Positions 26,920-39,987 of a stretch of DNA of 64,000 nucleotides are shown piece by piece. A program made the position numbers and the translations under genes. The notes beneath the pieces were generated by a model that saw only the letters and a list, made by a program, of their open reading frames with translations, had not been told where the DNA came from and did not search any database. The stretch is from Botryllus schlosseri (Eukaryota), in the NCBI GenBank assembly GCA_051294905.1, contig CM119371.1, positions 24,740,001-24,804,000 of the forward strand, given 5' to 3'. Position 1 is the first letter of the stretch. Each line of letters begins with the position of its first letter.

Positions 26920-29900
26920 CATTATAATTTCACGTACGAGTTGTTGGTATTACTATATCATGTGATAAAACACTCCGTTCGATCAATAACTATTCCTGCG
27001 CTAAATTGTAACGACACCACTACCACAGCAGCTCCGCCGATGACGCTGATAACGCGAGGTGACAGATGATATAAATTCAACAGTAATATATGCAACTATC
27101 ATTACTTTTGTTAAATATACATCAGTTTATTTTGGAGTAATTTCCCGATCGCGCGGCTAAGAAAACGAAGGTGACTCATCTGAAAAGTAGTGTTGTTGTG
27201 TGCGCGTATGCTGGCAGTTTTGGTACGTTCATCTAATCGACTTTTACATTGCTACATCAGTAGGCTATTTTTCTGCAAGCGAATTCGCCTTGTAACCTCG
27301 TTGTCAATTATATAGATATTTAAATACATCTGTTTATGGCGCGATAAAACAGGGGAAGGGGTGCGTGCATTCGTCACAACAGCTTTTTGGGATCACTAGA
27401 TGCAAAAATATTTTAAAAATATCGCATTTATATTAGAGGATCAGAATTTCGTTAAACACCGAAATTTCATTGTTATTTCCAGCTACGAATTAGGCAGGTG
27501 GGGGCGCAAATATACTAAGACACTTTATTGACTATTTCCTATTTGACTCAATTGCTCAATATGATAAGTAAAATATAAACAAAAATCGTAATCGCCAGGA
27601 CATCGCTACGTGTATTGGTAATTCCAGTTTCGCAACCTTTATTAAACAAAAGAGTAAAGAAATAATAATCCACTTTATAGTATATAGTTGCAAAGCAATC
27701 GGTATTGGAAAAGAATGTTTATTTTTTAGCTCTCGACTCTGTTTATAATCGATGCCCAAATGCCTGCTGAAAGTTTCCGTGAAATCGCAATCACACTGAA
27801 GACCACATGCTGCAAAATGATACAGTTCCAAAACTGCGAATTGACGAGTCGCAAGCTTTTTGAATTCTACACTGGATGTAAAGACAACGATCTATCTGTA
27901 AGTTTATTTACTGTACAGAAGACGTGTATTGCTAATTTCACGAGTGCCCGCGAAGTTTTCGTTAGGTTTCTAATTCCTACCCGCAGATCACGCAACAATA
28001 TTAATACCAAAAATAATGGGTTTGACGAGTGATACTAGCAGTTCTTATTCCCAGGACTGGACTTATGACTGACTGACTGGCTGACTTATGTGCTGGGTGC
28101 TGGAAAAGTATTTAGAAATCTCCAAATAATGAGTAAACAGCACAAAATTGGCTAATGAATTAGTGACCCACCCGTATAATCTTGTGATGCTTTTGATTGC
28201 TGCAAGCAAAGCCCGCCTGTGGGGTACAGTTGAAAAAAGCAGTTCACATCATTACAACGCACTGATAAGAATTGCAATGATAGTTAAGGGTATCCCAGCG
28301 CATGAGACCGGTACGTGAAAATGAAGTTAATATCGAGTGCTATGCAAATCCGTTCTGCATACGCCGCCATCGATAATACAGCTTGTACACTACATCGTTG
28401 GATTTCCTATATATTAAATAGGAAACAATCGTTATTTCAATAAAAAGGTCATGGCTACAAGAGCTGCTGGTGTGAGAAGAATGAATCAGCAAATTCGTAG
28501 ACATGATGCCTTTCATTTAGCGTCATTTTCTCGACATTATTTACGCTGTAAAGGACAGCTGTTAAAATTGAAATAATTACGTGCTGTCTACGTCAGTATC
28601 CCTGCAAAGAAACACATCTACTATTCTAAAACTTGACTCAGAGATCCGTTTTCATTGTGTGACATCTTCCTGAAATTCTTTACTATGACGTAATGTTTGA
28701 AAATTGTGATTTTTCATACATTCTTGGCAAAATTGAACCTGTTAAGGTTTCGCGAATAGCACAATAAGTTACTGTCGAGACTGGCATAAATACTGAGTTT
28801 AAATATACTATTAATTTACGATTTCGGAACGTCTTGATAAAAAATTAGTTTACTAGAGATGGTGCCAGCAGTTATTCCCGCTGGTGTTAGGCAATGTTGC
28901 TTGACATATAACGTCATACTAATTCCTAATAATTGAATAACTCACTTTTGCTACTTCTACGTACTTGGACTATGCCAATATATATTCCCCTAGAATTGCA
29001 AAGTTAGCCTGTCTCATAAAAGGAACCAGTGTATTCGGCTATGTTGTGCAACTAATTACCCGGCTTTCTGGCTAAGATGTGGTATGGTAGCATTTTCCAC
29101 CCATTCCTTCGATGCGTGCTATAAATCCATGTCACTTGCAGTGCAAAGTGGATATGGATGCTTATAAATTTTACGTATGAGTTTTCGGTATTACTATATC
29201 CTGTGATGAAACACTTCGCTCGCTCATTAACTATTTCTGTGCTAAATTTTAAAGACACCACTACAATATCAGTTCATCGATAACGCTGGTCACCCGGGGT
29301 GACAGATGATTTGAAGTCAACGGTACTACATGCAACTATCAGTTACTTTTTACAAATATACAGCAGTTACTTTGAGTAAATTTTTCGGTTCGTGTGGCTA
29401 AGAAAATGAAGGTGACTCATCTGAAAAGTGATGTTGTCATCTGTGCGTATACTGGCAGTTTTGGTACGCTCGTCGAATGGACTTTGATCTGCAATATTGC
29501 TACAGCATTCGGCGATTTTTCTGCTGGAAATTCGCCTTTTAACCTCATTGCCAATTATTTTATATATATGTTTATGGCGTGGTCGTTGTTGTTTGTGGTA
29601 TTCATGGTGTGTCGACTACTATGGTCATTTACACCTGACCGATATTGGGCCTACTTAATTTTGATTCCGTATTTGCCGTCTTGTAGTACTGACCACTTTT
29701 GAGCTTTTTATAAGACGCCGCTTACGCGTCAGAGAACAAGGTGACGGGTTGCATGCGTTCGTCACAACAGTTTTCAGGTATCGTCAAATACAAAAATATT
29801 CAAAAATCATCACATGTACATTAGAGAATCAATGTTTCAATAAATACCGGGATTATATTGCTATTTCCAGCTACCAATTGGACAGATCGAGTCGCAAATA

Positions 29901-29980
29901 TAGTAATACACTGGATTGACTATACTCTCCTCTTTGAAACATTCGCTTACGAAAGATCCTCGTGGATATTAGTCAATCTG
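26920..29980 (+). repeat. Core of a tandem segmental array of a ~2.2-kb host module
   Basis: 26920-27550 aligns with 29165-29950 (offset ~2245 bp); 27730-28605 aligns with 23817-24658; further pieces lie at ~22070-22680, 32450-32610, 35300-35550 and 10110-10225. Confidence 0.82.
27730..27897 (+). CDS. Intact 168-bp phase-0 internal exon, LRR-like (copy 2)
   Basis: tttttag|CTC...TCT|gtaagt; LSTLFIIDAQMPAESFREIAITLKTTCCKMIQFQNCELTSRKLFEFYTGCKDNDLS. Confidence 0.72.
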
Positions 29981-29985
29981 ATAAG

Positions 29986-30534
29986 TAGGGCGATTTTTTT
30001 TTGACATGCCAAAATTTGTCAAAGTTTTGTAAAAAATAGTAGAGTTAGGAGAAAATTGGTCAAAATTGTTCACAAAGTCAAATTTTTTTGACGTCTGCAT
30101 TTCGTTTCTTTCGTAGATTTTGTGCTGTCGGTGAAATTATTTGATATTTTTAAGCTTGTAGCCTACTTCAGAGGCCTACAGTTGTAAACGGCCAATTGTC
30201 TGCTCATTGTGAGTCATAAACGGTCAAATAAAGCAAATGGTAGACATGGTGTTATGGTCAACGTACCGCAATATCCTAAAGAAAGACTTCTTGGGCATTG
30301 CAGCATTCTTATATCAAGAAGCGCATGATGAAAAACTGTGATGTAGCCAACATTGTCAAATTGAATCAACACGGAGTGTCACGAGTAGTGAACGCACAAC
30401 TTGAGCGTTGTCAGTCAACAACTGCTGCTGTTGAACGTTCGTTCTCCATTCTTGAAAACTTTCTTAGTAAGGACATGCACTTTCTACCCAAGAATGTAGG
30501 AAAGTATCTCTCGTTGTGCTACGACAAATTTTAA
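29986..30534 (+). mobile_element. hAT left end and dimerisation-domain fragment
   Basis: Starts TAGGGCGATTTTTTTTTGAC; ORF 30298-30534 contains CQSTTAAVERSFSIL (hAT VERSFS motif). Confidence 0.75.
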
Positions 30535-31090
30535 TTCGGTATTTTTACGCAAGACTCGGCCCGTATCAGATTAGAAATTTTCCATCGATCTAACCGTACG
30601 TGGGAGGAAAGCGCACGAATGTCGATAAAAATGAATTGCTGACGTATAAGAGAGGATAAGGACGCCTTGTTATTCACTTTTACACTGCTGGTGCCAGGGG
30701 CAGTATCTCTAGTTCGACCGAAATTCGGCGTCGTGATCCGAAGCATGTGGTCTACTGCAAACGGTATCTCGATATTACCAAATGTTCGACATTGCTCGGC
30801 TCCAGTTGACTTGTTTATATTCCAATACATCTTTTTCTGAAGTAGTAACCACTAGTGAGCTTTTAAAATTTCTAAGTTCAAAAATCGCTTACCATAAACT
30901 TTGCAGCCGTAATTAAATTAGGCTCGATGCGATAAATGTGCTCACGATTTTCATTCTGGGTATTCCAGATTTCAATGAACTCATCACTGAACATTTTGCG
31001 ATTATGAAATCACTCCGCGCGCAATAGGCCTATTGATACGAACGTTAAAATATGCAGGTATAAACTACTGTACTTTATATTTTCTTTTCG

Positions 31091-32311
31091 CCACTCCCCC
31101 CCCAAAAAAAACGCTGGTCTTAGAACCCCCATATGTTGATGAACCGAACTTCTTGACCCCCCTCAGCCTCTTCGCTGTTTACTGCTACTTACTTAGCGTC
31201 TGCATTGGCGGCCGTTGGGGGGGGTCAGCTTATCTCGCCTAAACGCGCCAAGCGCGAAAAATTTCTATTATTCATCATGATTCATTCATGAATTGGTCAA
31301 TATGATCGGGAATTGCATATATGTTGCTATCAATTTTTATCCTCTCTCTGCTCACGTAATCAGATTTACAGGTATATATATCTGAGTGAGGTGTGGTTGA
31401 AAAGGTAGGACCCCTCAATATTATAATTAAACATCTTCGGGCGTATACCCGTTGGCAGGAATGAAACAGTACTTGGTCTGGCCCCGCATAAAATCTTAGG
31501 TCTGGGGCTCCCATAGGGTGATAAACCTACCCCCCATCACCTTGTTCGCCACGAAAATGAGTTTTACTGCCTAGTGAGTCAGCGCGAAAATTTAAAAAAA
31601 TTCATGATAAAATCGGTCAATAAGATCGGGAATTGCATATATATTGCTATCAACTTCTCATCCTCTCTGCTCACGTAATCAGATTTACCGGTAGAGCTGA
31701 GTGAGGTGTCTTGGACACTGTAGGGCCCGTCGGTATGACTCCTTAACATGATGTTATTTCGTGACCTCCTGTCTGCTATATTAAAAAATATAGAATCGCC
31801 ATAACGTAGGCTACGAAACTAAAAGACGCACACGATTTCAAATCGGTATTTCTTCACTGGCATATAATTTTTCCCTGTGGGATGATATTTGTCTTGTGAG
31901 GTTCAGATTGCCAAGACAGTATTTTGTATATAGCGAAGTTTTCGGTCAGCATTAGGGCAGTCCTTTTCGGCCAAGGTTTTCTCGCTGCCGATCGTTCTGG
32001 CACCCTTCTTGGAGTGGCATGTTACATGGCCTACTTTATATGTCTTGGTGCGTCGTGGCGCATTAATGGCCAACGCCAATATGCCCATTTCTATAAATCT
32101 GGCGTATTTTTCTTGTGTGAAGAGAACCTCAAAATCAATATAATTGGCAACTTGAAATCGCGCGCAGCGCGAAATTTTTTTTTGAAAAAGTTGCGTAAAG
32201 TTTCAAAAAATACTATAAAATTTATTCTAATTCACGAAATAATTTTGGGCCCCCTTCGCGCTCACCCCCCCCCCCAATTGGGGGGTTTGGGGTGCGGCAG
32301 TTACGGGCCTG
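31091..32311 (+). mobile_element. Family B hAT-type element, left terminus degenerate
   Basis: Long similarity to 18700-19964, including the internal duplication; ends GCAGTTACGGGCCTG. Confidence 0.82.
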
Positions 32312-32884
32312 GGTGTGACCACCACCAAGTCTCATTTTCCCGTCGGAATACACTATTGTGACGTCATTTAGACAGTTAAAATCGCGTACACTCCTTGCTT
32401 CACCACCCTATATTTTCACTAGCCGCCACTGATAGTAAGACAACGGTCAATGGATTGACTATTATTCAATATGACCTAATTGTTTACGAAAGTTCCGGGT
32501 GCATTTTTGTCATGAAATTACTCAGACCAATAATTAATTCTTAAAAGTAAACCGTAAACGCAAGCACATTGCTACGCATGTTGGTAATTCATGTTTCGCG
32601 ACCTTTCTAATATGAGCAGGCCGTGTTAGTTTTGGCATTTCAGGAGCCAGATGCCAAAACTGCCAAAAAAAAAATTTGAAAATGCCAAAAATAACACGGC
32701 CTGCCAATATAGTGTATTTCGTTCATGGTGTTGTGTTAACAGGACCGCGTTACAAGCGAGAAGAGCGTGTGTCAAGGGCGGGTTTCTTAATCTGGGTCCA
32801 ACCAACCCATTAGGGGTGAAAGCATGGTGTCCTAAATGGTGTGGGCACAGCGAGATTGAACAGCTGACTGCATTTGGTTAAGGT

Positions 32885-33865
32885 CAGGGGTCACCAACAC
32901 GCGGCCCGCGAGGTCATATTGTCCGGCCCGCGACTTGATTTGAGATTTTGGAAGAAAGCTAAGAAAACCATTTTGAAATGATGAAATTGACTACCGTTCA
33001 ACATATTGTTGTTTTTGTTGTTTCCAACTAAGCTATTCTCCGTTGCCCAACATCGCTATCCGTCACTATAGCTAAAATGGCTGTGGCGATAGCCACAGCA
33101 TTCCATCGGAGAATCAGGTGATATGAATGAGCTATTGCCTTGACATGCAATGGCCGAAACACTGACAAGACCGAGACGCTTAGAAAACGGCTTAGGGCAG
33201 TGATACTTAAGCTAGGGGTGCATCCCCCTTGTGGGAGCGTGAAAGCCTCTGACGGAGCCACGGAGCTGCGCCCAGCTGAATTTTTTTCGCGCTTCGCGCG
33301 ATTTCACTCATTTTCGTAGTTGTTGCTCTGTCTATAGTCCGGAATTCATATTATAGAAGTCTCATCAACAGTCCCTTCCCGGCCTACAAACTATACGTTG
33401 GGATTGCTAGCATTCTGGTTGCATTTTGTGATATGACGATAAGGGGGGCGCGAAGTTTTTCAGTATCACAAATGGCGGCTGTCTAAAAAAGTTTAAGAAC
33501 CACTGGCTTATGGCTTCGCCACAATTTCAAGCTTTTTCTGAAGATCGTCTTTCAGCAAGTAACGTATCTTGCTGGCCCCAATATCGATTCCTTAGTTGCT
33601 GAAAAGCGTTTCCAGGTATCCTGCACAGCTCGGAGTTCAAAATAAAACAAAATTGATGATAATGATTTTTTGTTATATTTGTATTCCTTCAATAAAATAT
33701 TACTTCTTTAGGGCCCCTATGCTGTTGTTAGGTAGCACATAGTTGTGCTGAAGTAGAGTTTTAGAACGTGGTTGCCTATTTATATCGATATCGAGTTTGT
33801 GTGGTCCGCGGCCGCTACGAAATTTGAAAAGTGGCCCGGGACCCGTTTTGAGTTGGTGACCCCTG
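32885..33865 (+). mobile_element. hAT-type element (family C), nested
   Basis: TIR CAGGGGTCACCAAC / GTTGGTGACCCCTG; TSD gttaaggt/gtttaggt. Confidence 0.92.
33198..33505. mobile_element. hAT-type MITE nested in family C (third nesting level)
   Basis: CAGTGATACTTAA...TTAAGAACCACTG; TSD gcttaggg/gcttatgg; absent from the family C copies at 25050 and 40350. Confidence 0.85.
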
Positions 33866-34510
33866 GTTTAGGTCATACTTTCCATTTGTTCAAAGGCAAT
33901 TTTACGACCATTTTTGACCGACTTGCCGAGCGCTAAATTTGGTAAAACGGGTATCAATAGAAAGCTGCCGCTCTACTCATTATCAAAATATAAATTCTAT
34001 TCTGCTCATGGATCTGGAACCCCAAAATCAACAACGATTTTTGCATTGTGATCGAGTTGAACATTGTGACGCAGCCAACTTTCTGGTTATTTCTGTCCGA
34101 GCTTCAGTCTCGCTTTGGCAGACAGTCTTGTTGCGTCAAGGTTCTTAAACAAGCTACCCTTCCCAGGACTCTTCCGTGTGAGTTGGTAATATTAAAGTCT
34201 TCCGAAAATATCTCGGTAGACTGAAGGAGATGGGATGGCCGGGCTACAAGATAGAATGTTTTGAGAGACATCGGGAAGAAAATTCTTTCCGCGATGAGAT
34301 CGATGACACTAACGAAGTGATCTCTTTTCATGATGCTTGGAAGCCGGTTCGGCCCTGCGAAAATTTTGAAGCTCTGAAAACCTTTTGTGGAGGACTGGCA
34401 ACATTCTTTCCCTGAACGGCTACTGTAGAAGCCGATATTTCCCAGATTCATTGGGCGAAAAATGAATTCAGGAGAAACTTAGCTGACCTGAGTTTGGAAG
34501 CACTGTTACA

Positions 34511-34902
34511 TAGGATTACCATACGTCCTCGTTTAAGAGGATTTGTCCTCATTTTTGACTTTCTTGAAAGTGTCCTCGGAGGACGCCCTTTTGTCCTCTT
34601 TTTTGAGAATTCAGGTCATATTTAATATTTATAGCAAAATGCGACTGACATGGCGTAAATCAGCACCAAAGGGACGCTCGGGCGGGTATTGCGGAAGCTG
34701 GTTGGAAAGTTGACTCTTTTTTTTAGTCAACCACCTGCCAATGTGGAGTGAAAAACGGTATTTTGAGCTCTTCTTTTTTTTAGTCAACCGACCACAAAGT
34801 GGGAAAAATTCACCGTTTTTCGAGAATTCTTCTCTGGTTTTGCAAGTCTGAAATTTCTGAAAAAGTGTCATCCTATTAGCTTTCCAAAATATGGTAACCC
34901 TA
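34511..34902. mobile_element. MITE with TAGGGTTACCAT-type termini
   Basis: TAGGATTACCATA / TATGGTAACCCTA; perfect TSD ctgttaca; interrupts the host transposase frame; a related right end lies near 44139. Confidence 0.9.
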
Positions 34903-35376
34903 CTGTTACAGTGCAAACAATTTAAGTCTATTCAACAGCTATAACCACCAGGTGTTGAACGTGTTTGTTAGGCTCTTCTTTCTGTTTGCTTATTGGCACC
35001 GATTCCGAGTAGATACTGGACATTTTGTGGTTTCGTTTGATATTATTAACCTATGAAATCGCTAGGTTTTTTCTTCTTCTTATTGTTTGTTGGCACTGAT
35101 TATAAGTGGATGCTGCACATTTTGTGGTTTCTTTTGATTAACTGACCCAAAAAAGCGTTTTTATAACTAATTCGAGTCTGAAACTATCTATTTAGAGGAC
35201 AATGCCAAAACTGCCAAAAATAAAAATTGAAAAATGCCAAAAATAAGTTATTTTTGGCAGTTTTGGCATATGCCAAAAATAACACGGCCTGAATATGAGG
35301 GAGTATAGAAACAGTCATCTACTGTACAGAAGTATTGTAAAATAATCCGTTATGGTAAATAATGCTTATTTTGTAG

Positions 35377-35544
35377 CTCTCAACTCTGTGTATAAGCGAT
35401 GCAAAAATGCCCGCTGAAAGTTTTCGTGAAATCGCGATCACAATCAAGACCACATCTTGCAAAACGATACAGTTCCAAAACTGCGAATTGACGACACGGA
35501 AGCTCTCTGAATTCTTCATTGGATGTAAAGACAACCATCTATCT
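35377..35544 (+). CDS. Intact 168-bp phase-0 internal exon, LRR-like (copy 3; not in the ORF track)
   Basis: ttttgtag|CTC...TCT|gtaagt; LSTLCISDAKMPAESFREIAITIKTTSCKTIQFQNCELTTRKLSEFFIGCKDNHLS. Confidence 0.72.
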
Positions 35545-36089
35545 GTAAGTTGAAAGAATGTCCCTTAAAGGCGAATTGTTTAGATTGGGTGTGAACATCA
35601 GGGCGATCGTGATCTGTCGGTAGATTGCAAGATCCAATCGAGATCCGCACAATACAAACCATATGACTTATTGGGTGTAAGGGCAATATTGTCATGAATT
35701 TTATTACTCGTGGGATTGATAGACCACGGAGAATCCTGCATCTGTAAAGTAGAAAGCGATTTACTGGTGATAACCTCCTGCTCTAGATCGGTATAAAATA
35801 ATCAAAGCTATTTCAATATATCACAGAGGTAGTTGAAAATTGGCTTGGATTCATTCTAAATGTACATCCGTCAATGATCCAGTTTGGACAATACACGATA
35901 TATATGATTTCCAATATTAAAGTTGCATATAATCGTAATTTGATGGAGAAGTTGAGTTTTTGGGCATGAGTACACCAATCCACTAATTACCGGACATGAC
36001 GATTTGTAGAGTCGCAATTTCGTCGACATATTTGGTGCTAGAATAGGCACATAATCGACACTGGAAACATGATCAAAATTTGCGTAAGC

Positions 36090-37521
36090 CAGTGGTTCTC
36101 AACCTTTTTGGCTTCGCGGACCCCTTTTGACCTTTACAAACCCTCGCGGACCCCCTCAAGTTTTATTTCGATTTAGCTCTATTATGGTGCAACCTTCATC
36201 TGTCTTGTGCAAATATGAACTGTAGGCTTGTGATAAACAGCAAAATAATGATTTTTATTGAAGATAACATGATATTATTAATGTAGAAATTGGTGGACTT
36301 TTATTATTTAAAAGCTAATTTTGCTGCTGCATTAATTGAAGTACGTGGTCGTGTCTTGAAAATCCGCGACTTCGTTTTGATATGAACGAGGAGTGCCGAA
36401 AACCATTTCAAAAAAGATAGTTGAAGGCTAATGCAATATTAACACATAACGCCTCCGACGATACTTTAGGTGTGATTGCAACATTTATGGCACCAAAATA
36501 ATGAAACAAGTATTTTATGAACATATCACGTCCAGCATCTAGCGCAGGGACGGGCAATATAGGGACCGCTGGCCGGATTCGGCCCGTGACGGCATTTGGA
36601 TGGGTCCGCAGAGGTTTCTACCGTCAAAGTGAAATCCTAATCTAAAAGAATAGACAAATTTTATGCTCCAAATAACGCATCCAAGTTTTCCAACCAGAGA
36701 AAGACTGTCATGAAACGATTTGTTCTGTTCTGGTTTACATATATATTTTACGAGCAAACATTTTCGAACATGAACAATTGAACATTAACAAGACAAGGCT
36801 GCATATCAATATAACTGGGGATATGAATTTCAGGGTTGGAGCGTAAGGCCTTGATAGCAACGAAACACTCCTTGTTCATCAAATAATCAGCTTTGTAGAT
36901 AGGGCATCCGCAATAAGAATGCGCAAAATCTGATAGCCGAGCTTTAAGAGCAGGTATATCATTGTCCGATTTATGACGAGTGTCAGCCGAAAATATTCGG
37001 GTTCATTTCCATATGAATATACTATTCAATTGTAAAATAAAGTTCTGTACCTCCAAGAAGCTGTTCCCTGCATTGGGACAAATTATGGAAATACTTCAGA
37101 AATTTTTATTTCAAACGACTGTTCACTAATTTGACGAGACTGTCAAGTTCAAATCGAAAGGGTATCGCAGACATTACGAAGCCACCCTGATTGATGTTAT
37201 TCTCCCCATATCTTAGTTTTTTCCACAAACCCCAATAAAACGTCTATAAACAGCAATATGTTTGTATCAGCAGGTTATTGGAAAACTGGCACTGGAAATA
37301 AGTTTACACACTACGATAGTCCATGTCAGACTATCATTATGATGATACGAGTCATGAGGTTTTAGCAGCTGTGGTGCGAAACTGCCTCCTGCTTTCTCAA
37401 ATTCAAAAATATAATAAAAATTAGGTTATCAGCCTTTTTGAAAATTTAGAGGTCTCGCGGACCCCCTGAAATTGCTTCGCCGACCCCTAGGGATCCGCGG
37501 ACCTCCGGTTGAGAACCGCTG
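36090..37521. mobile_element. hAT (Buster-like) non-autonomous element
   Basis: TIR CAGTGGTTCTCAACC / GGTTGAGAACCGCTG; perfect TSD gcgtaagc; cgcggacccc subterminal repeats; a truncated MITE end lies inside at ~36545. Confidence 0.92.
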
Positions 37522-37575
37522 GCGTAAGCCTATCATGCGACTTGGTTAACTTCATCTAGCATATACTCCATATAG

Positions 37576-38262
37576 CACGGGTGGGCAATTATTTATCCAG
37601 CTGCTCAAATTAAAAGCAGGAAATACGTGGGCGGGCCGTGTAAAAAATTTATATGATATTTTCGGGTATTAGTTGATTTTATGAATTGACACAGTTAATT
37701 ACATTAGTCACACATGCTGCTCAGAATATATAATGATATTAGGACAGGAGAAAGTGACGAGTAATCAACATAATAATTGAGGACAACGGTACCATCATAA
37801 TTTTACACTATATTTTATTCCACAGACCCGTTCTTCCAGTAAGACATTAACATGACTTTAGGATACCACTCAAGTAGTGTGCAGCTTGATGATCTAGCCT
37901 TGCTGTTGATGGAAACTAGCAGTGTCTGGCAAATTCGCCATCCCCTAGCGGAGTGTCTATCCTCATGTTTTTTGTCATCAAACCGACTTAAAATATACTC
38001 CACAGCGACCTGCTCGCGACAGACTAAGATGATGGGTTCACCACTGACTTCGGTATACAAATATTTAGTAGTCCGAATCTATTTTGGAATTGCGGCAGTT
38101 GGCCCGCACCTTCCATTTTTGACATGCCCGGACTTCATCGCTTATGGGCGGTAATGACTGATCAAGCACCGACACTGGACACTGATTGACTTGTTTTACT
38201 AATTGGGGATTTGCAAATGTATCACGTGACAGTTTGGGCGGGCTGGGTGCTTGTGACCGCTG
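37576..38262 (-). mobile_element. hAT deletion derivative with a GTF2IRD2/Buster-like N-terminal zinc-finger remnant
   Basis: Perfect TSD ccatatag; degenerate TIRs CACGGGTGGGCAA / TTGTGACCGCTG; minus ORF 37815-38060 GEPIILVCREQVAVEYILSRFDDKKH resembles the PxCLxCxxxxAVxKEYNLxRHxxxKH motif. Confidence 0.8.
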
Positions 38263-39987
38263 CCATATAGGGCTATAAGAAGACTATATCATAATTCTGT
38301 GTGGTATATGTGTCTCTGCGCACGTGTAAAAATAGACAAGTTCGAAATAATTATAGTAGCTAGCGAATACATTTGTTAAGGAAAAACATGAAAATTTCTA
38401 ATTCTGTAGCTAGCCCGTGTCAGCTTTGACCATTTTCTACGTTTGTCACATGCTGAAAATTACATATGTAAACTGCATAAAAAAGTATGTGGTGTACGGC
38501 AAACTGTTTCGAGGATTGGACATGATTTTTAACGAATAAAACGGCGTTTGCTGCCTTCGCTTTGAAGACCGCAATGAACAGATAGTCTCTGGAGTCAATA
38601 TTTACGGACCATGACTGTATTCGTATTGCTAAATCTACAGTTCCTTATAATCCGGAACTCACATTTGATTATTGCACAACGTTCAATCGTTAATATTCCA
38701 ACTGTAGACAGTTTATAAGCGATCATTATATTCTACTCGACATATCCTCAATAGTATTTCTTTTATTAAAAGTTCATGGCGATGCAAACATGTGGTAATG
38801 CATATATTTGTGCAATATGTCGGAAATGAAAATAAAAAAATATACAAATTCATTGAGTCGATCACGGTAACAATAACAACTATATTAGAAAGAATGCTAA
38901 CTAGCTTTATTACTTTGACATTTTTTTTTATCTGGAATGGTTGAATAGTTATATGCCTGGTTGTCAATTGGATTGGGTACCTTAAATGTATTTAAAAGAC
39001 GAACGATTGGTTCGAACTCACATCCATATGTCGCGCTTGATCAATTAATCATATGTGACTGTGTGGTGTCTTTAGATGGTTCTGCAAATTTTCAATATAG
39101 TTTAGAAATTATTGCCTTATTCTTTATTCGGGTCTGCATTTATATGAATTTGTTGATGCTTAGTTAGCATACAATTCATCACATCATTGGATATGTCGAA
39201 AGTATATTATATCAATGCCAGTTAGAATGATATAATATAACCCAAGCCAAAATCACTTTTCAGTATAATTCACACATATTTGTTTCGTACAGCTTTCGAG
39301 GCTGAACATCATGGATAGTACAATGCTTCCAGACGCTTATTACGACGTGGCAAATATCGTCAAAATCACCAAATGTACTATTTTGTATTTCCGATATTGC
39401 GATTTGTCAATGCAGAAATTGGAAAGCTTGGGTAAGGGTTGCAAGGAAAGTCACATATTGGTAAGTTGATAATATTAGGAAACCTAATTTTGACAAAATT
39501 TGGCGTTCAAGTTCAAGAAAAAAGAATTTAAATCGAAATGGCGTAGAACGTAGAGTAATCGTCGCAAAGTGACTTATGTCCAGTTTCCAAATTTTGAAGG
39601 TCCATTTATAAAACTTCCAAAAAAGCAAGTTTTTAAAAACTTTTCATGGTTATGTCTATTTCAATAATTCAAAGTCAATCGGGGCCAATATATGGCCGAA
39701 AGAAGATGAAAACTTTACGCAAAGTAAATTTCCCCAAAATGTGAAAAATGAACATAAGTCGCTTTGATTCCACTCCGACGATATGGTCACTTAAAGTGTA
39801 TTCAATTAGGACACATTTTGTAGAATGGCATTTTAGATTTTATGACCGCCCAAAGGCAATCAATTGAATTTGATTGTTCTCTTGCCGAACACCTGCGACC
39901 GGACAATAAAAATTGTTTGTCTCTCGAAGAACTGCAAAGTTTGAATGGTGTGCTATCCGTGACATTGGTTTTTGATCTGGATTAGGG

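Larger units (their letters stand above)
32617..35291 (+). mobile_element. hAT-like deletion derivative containing three nested elements
   Basis: TIR CAGGCCGTGTTA / TAACACGGCCTG; perfect TSD aatatgag; tgccaaaa subterminal repeats; transposase C-terminal relic ~34030-34925 (FCGGLATFFP..TVEADIS..W.KNEFR..L.DLSLEALLQCKQF once the 34511 insert is removed). Confidence 0.88.
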
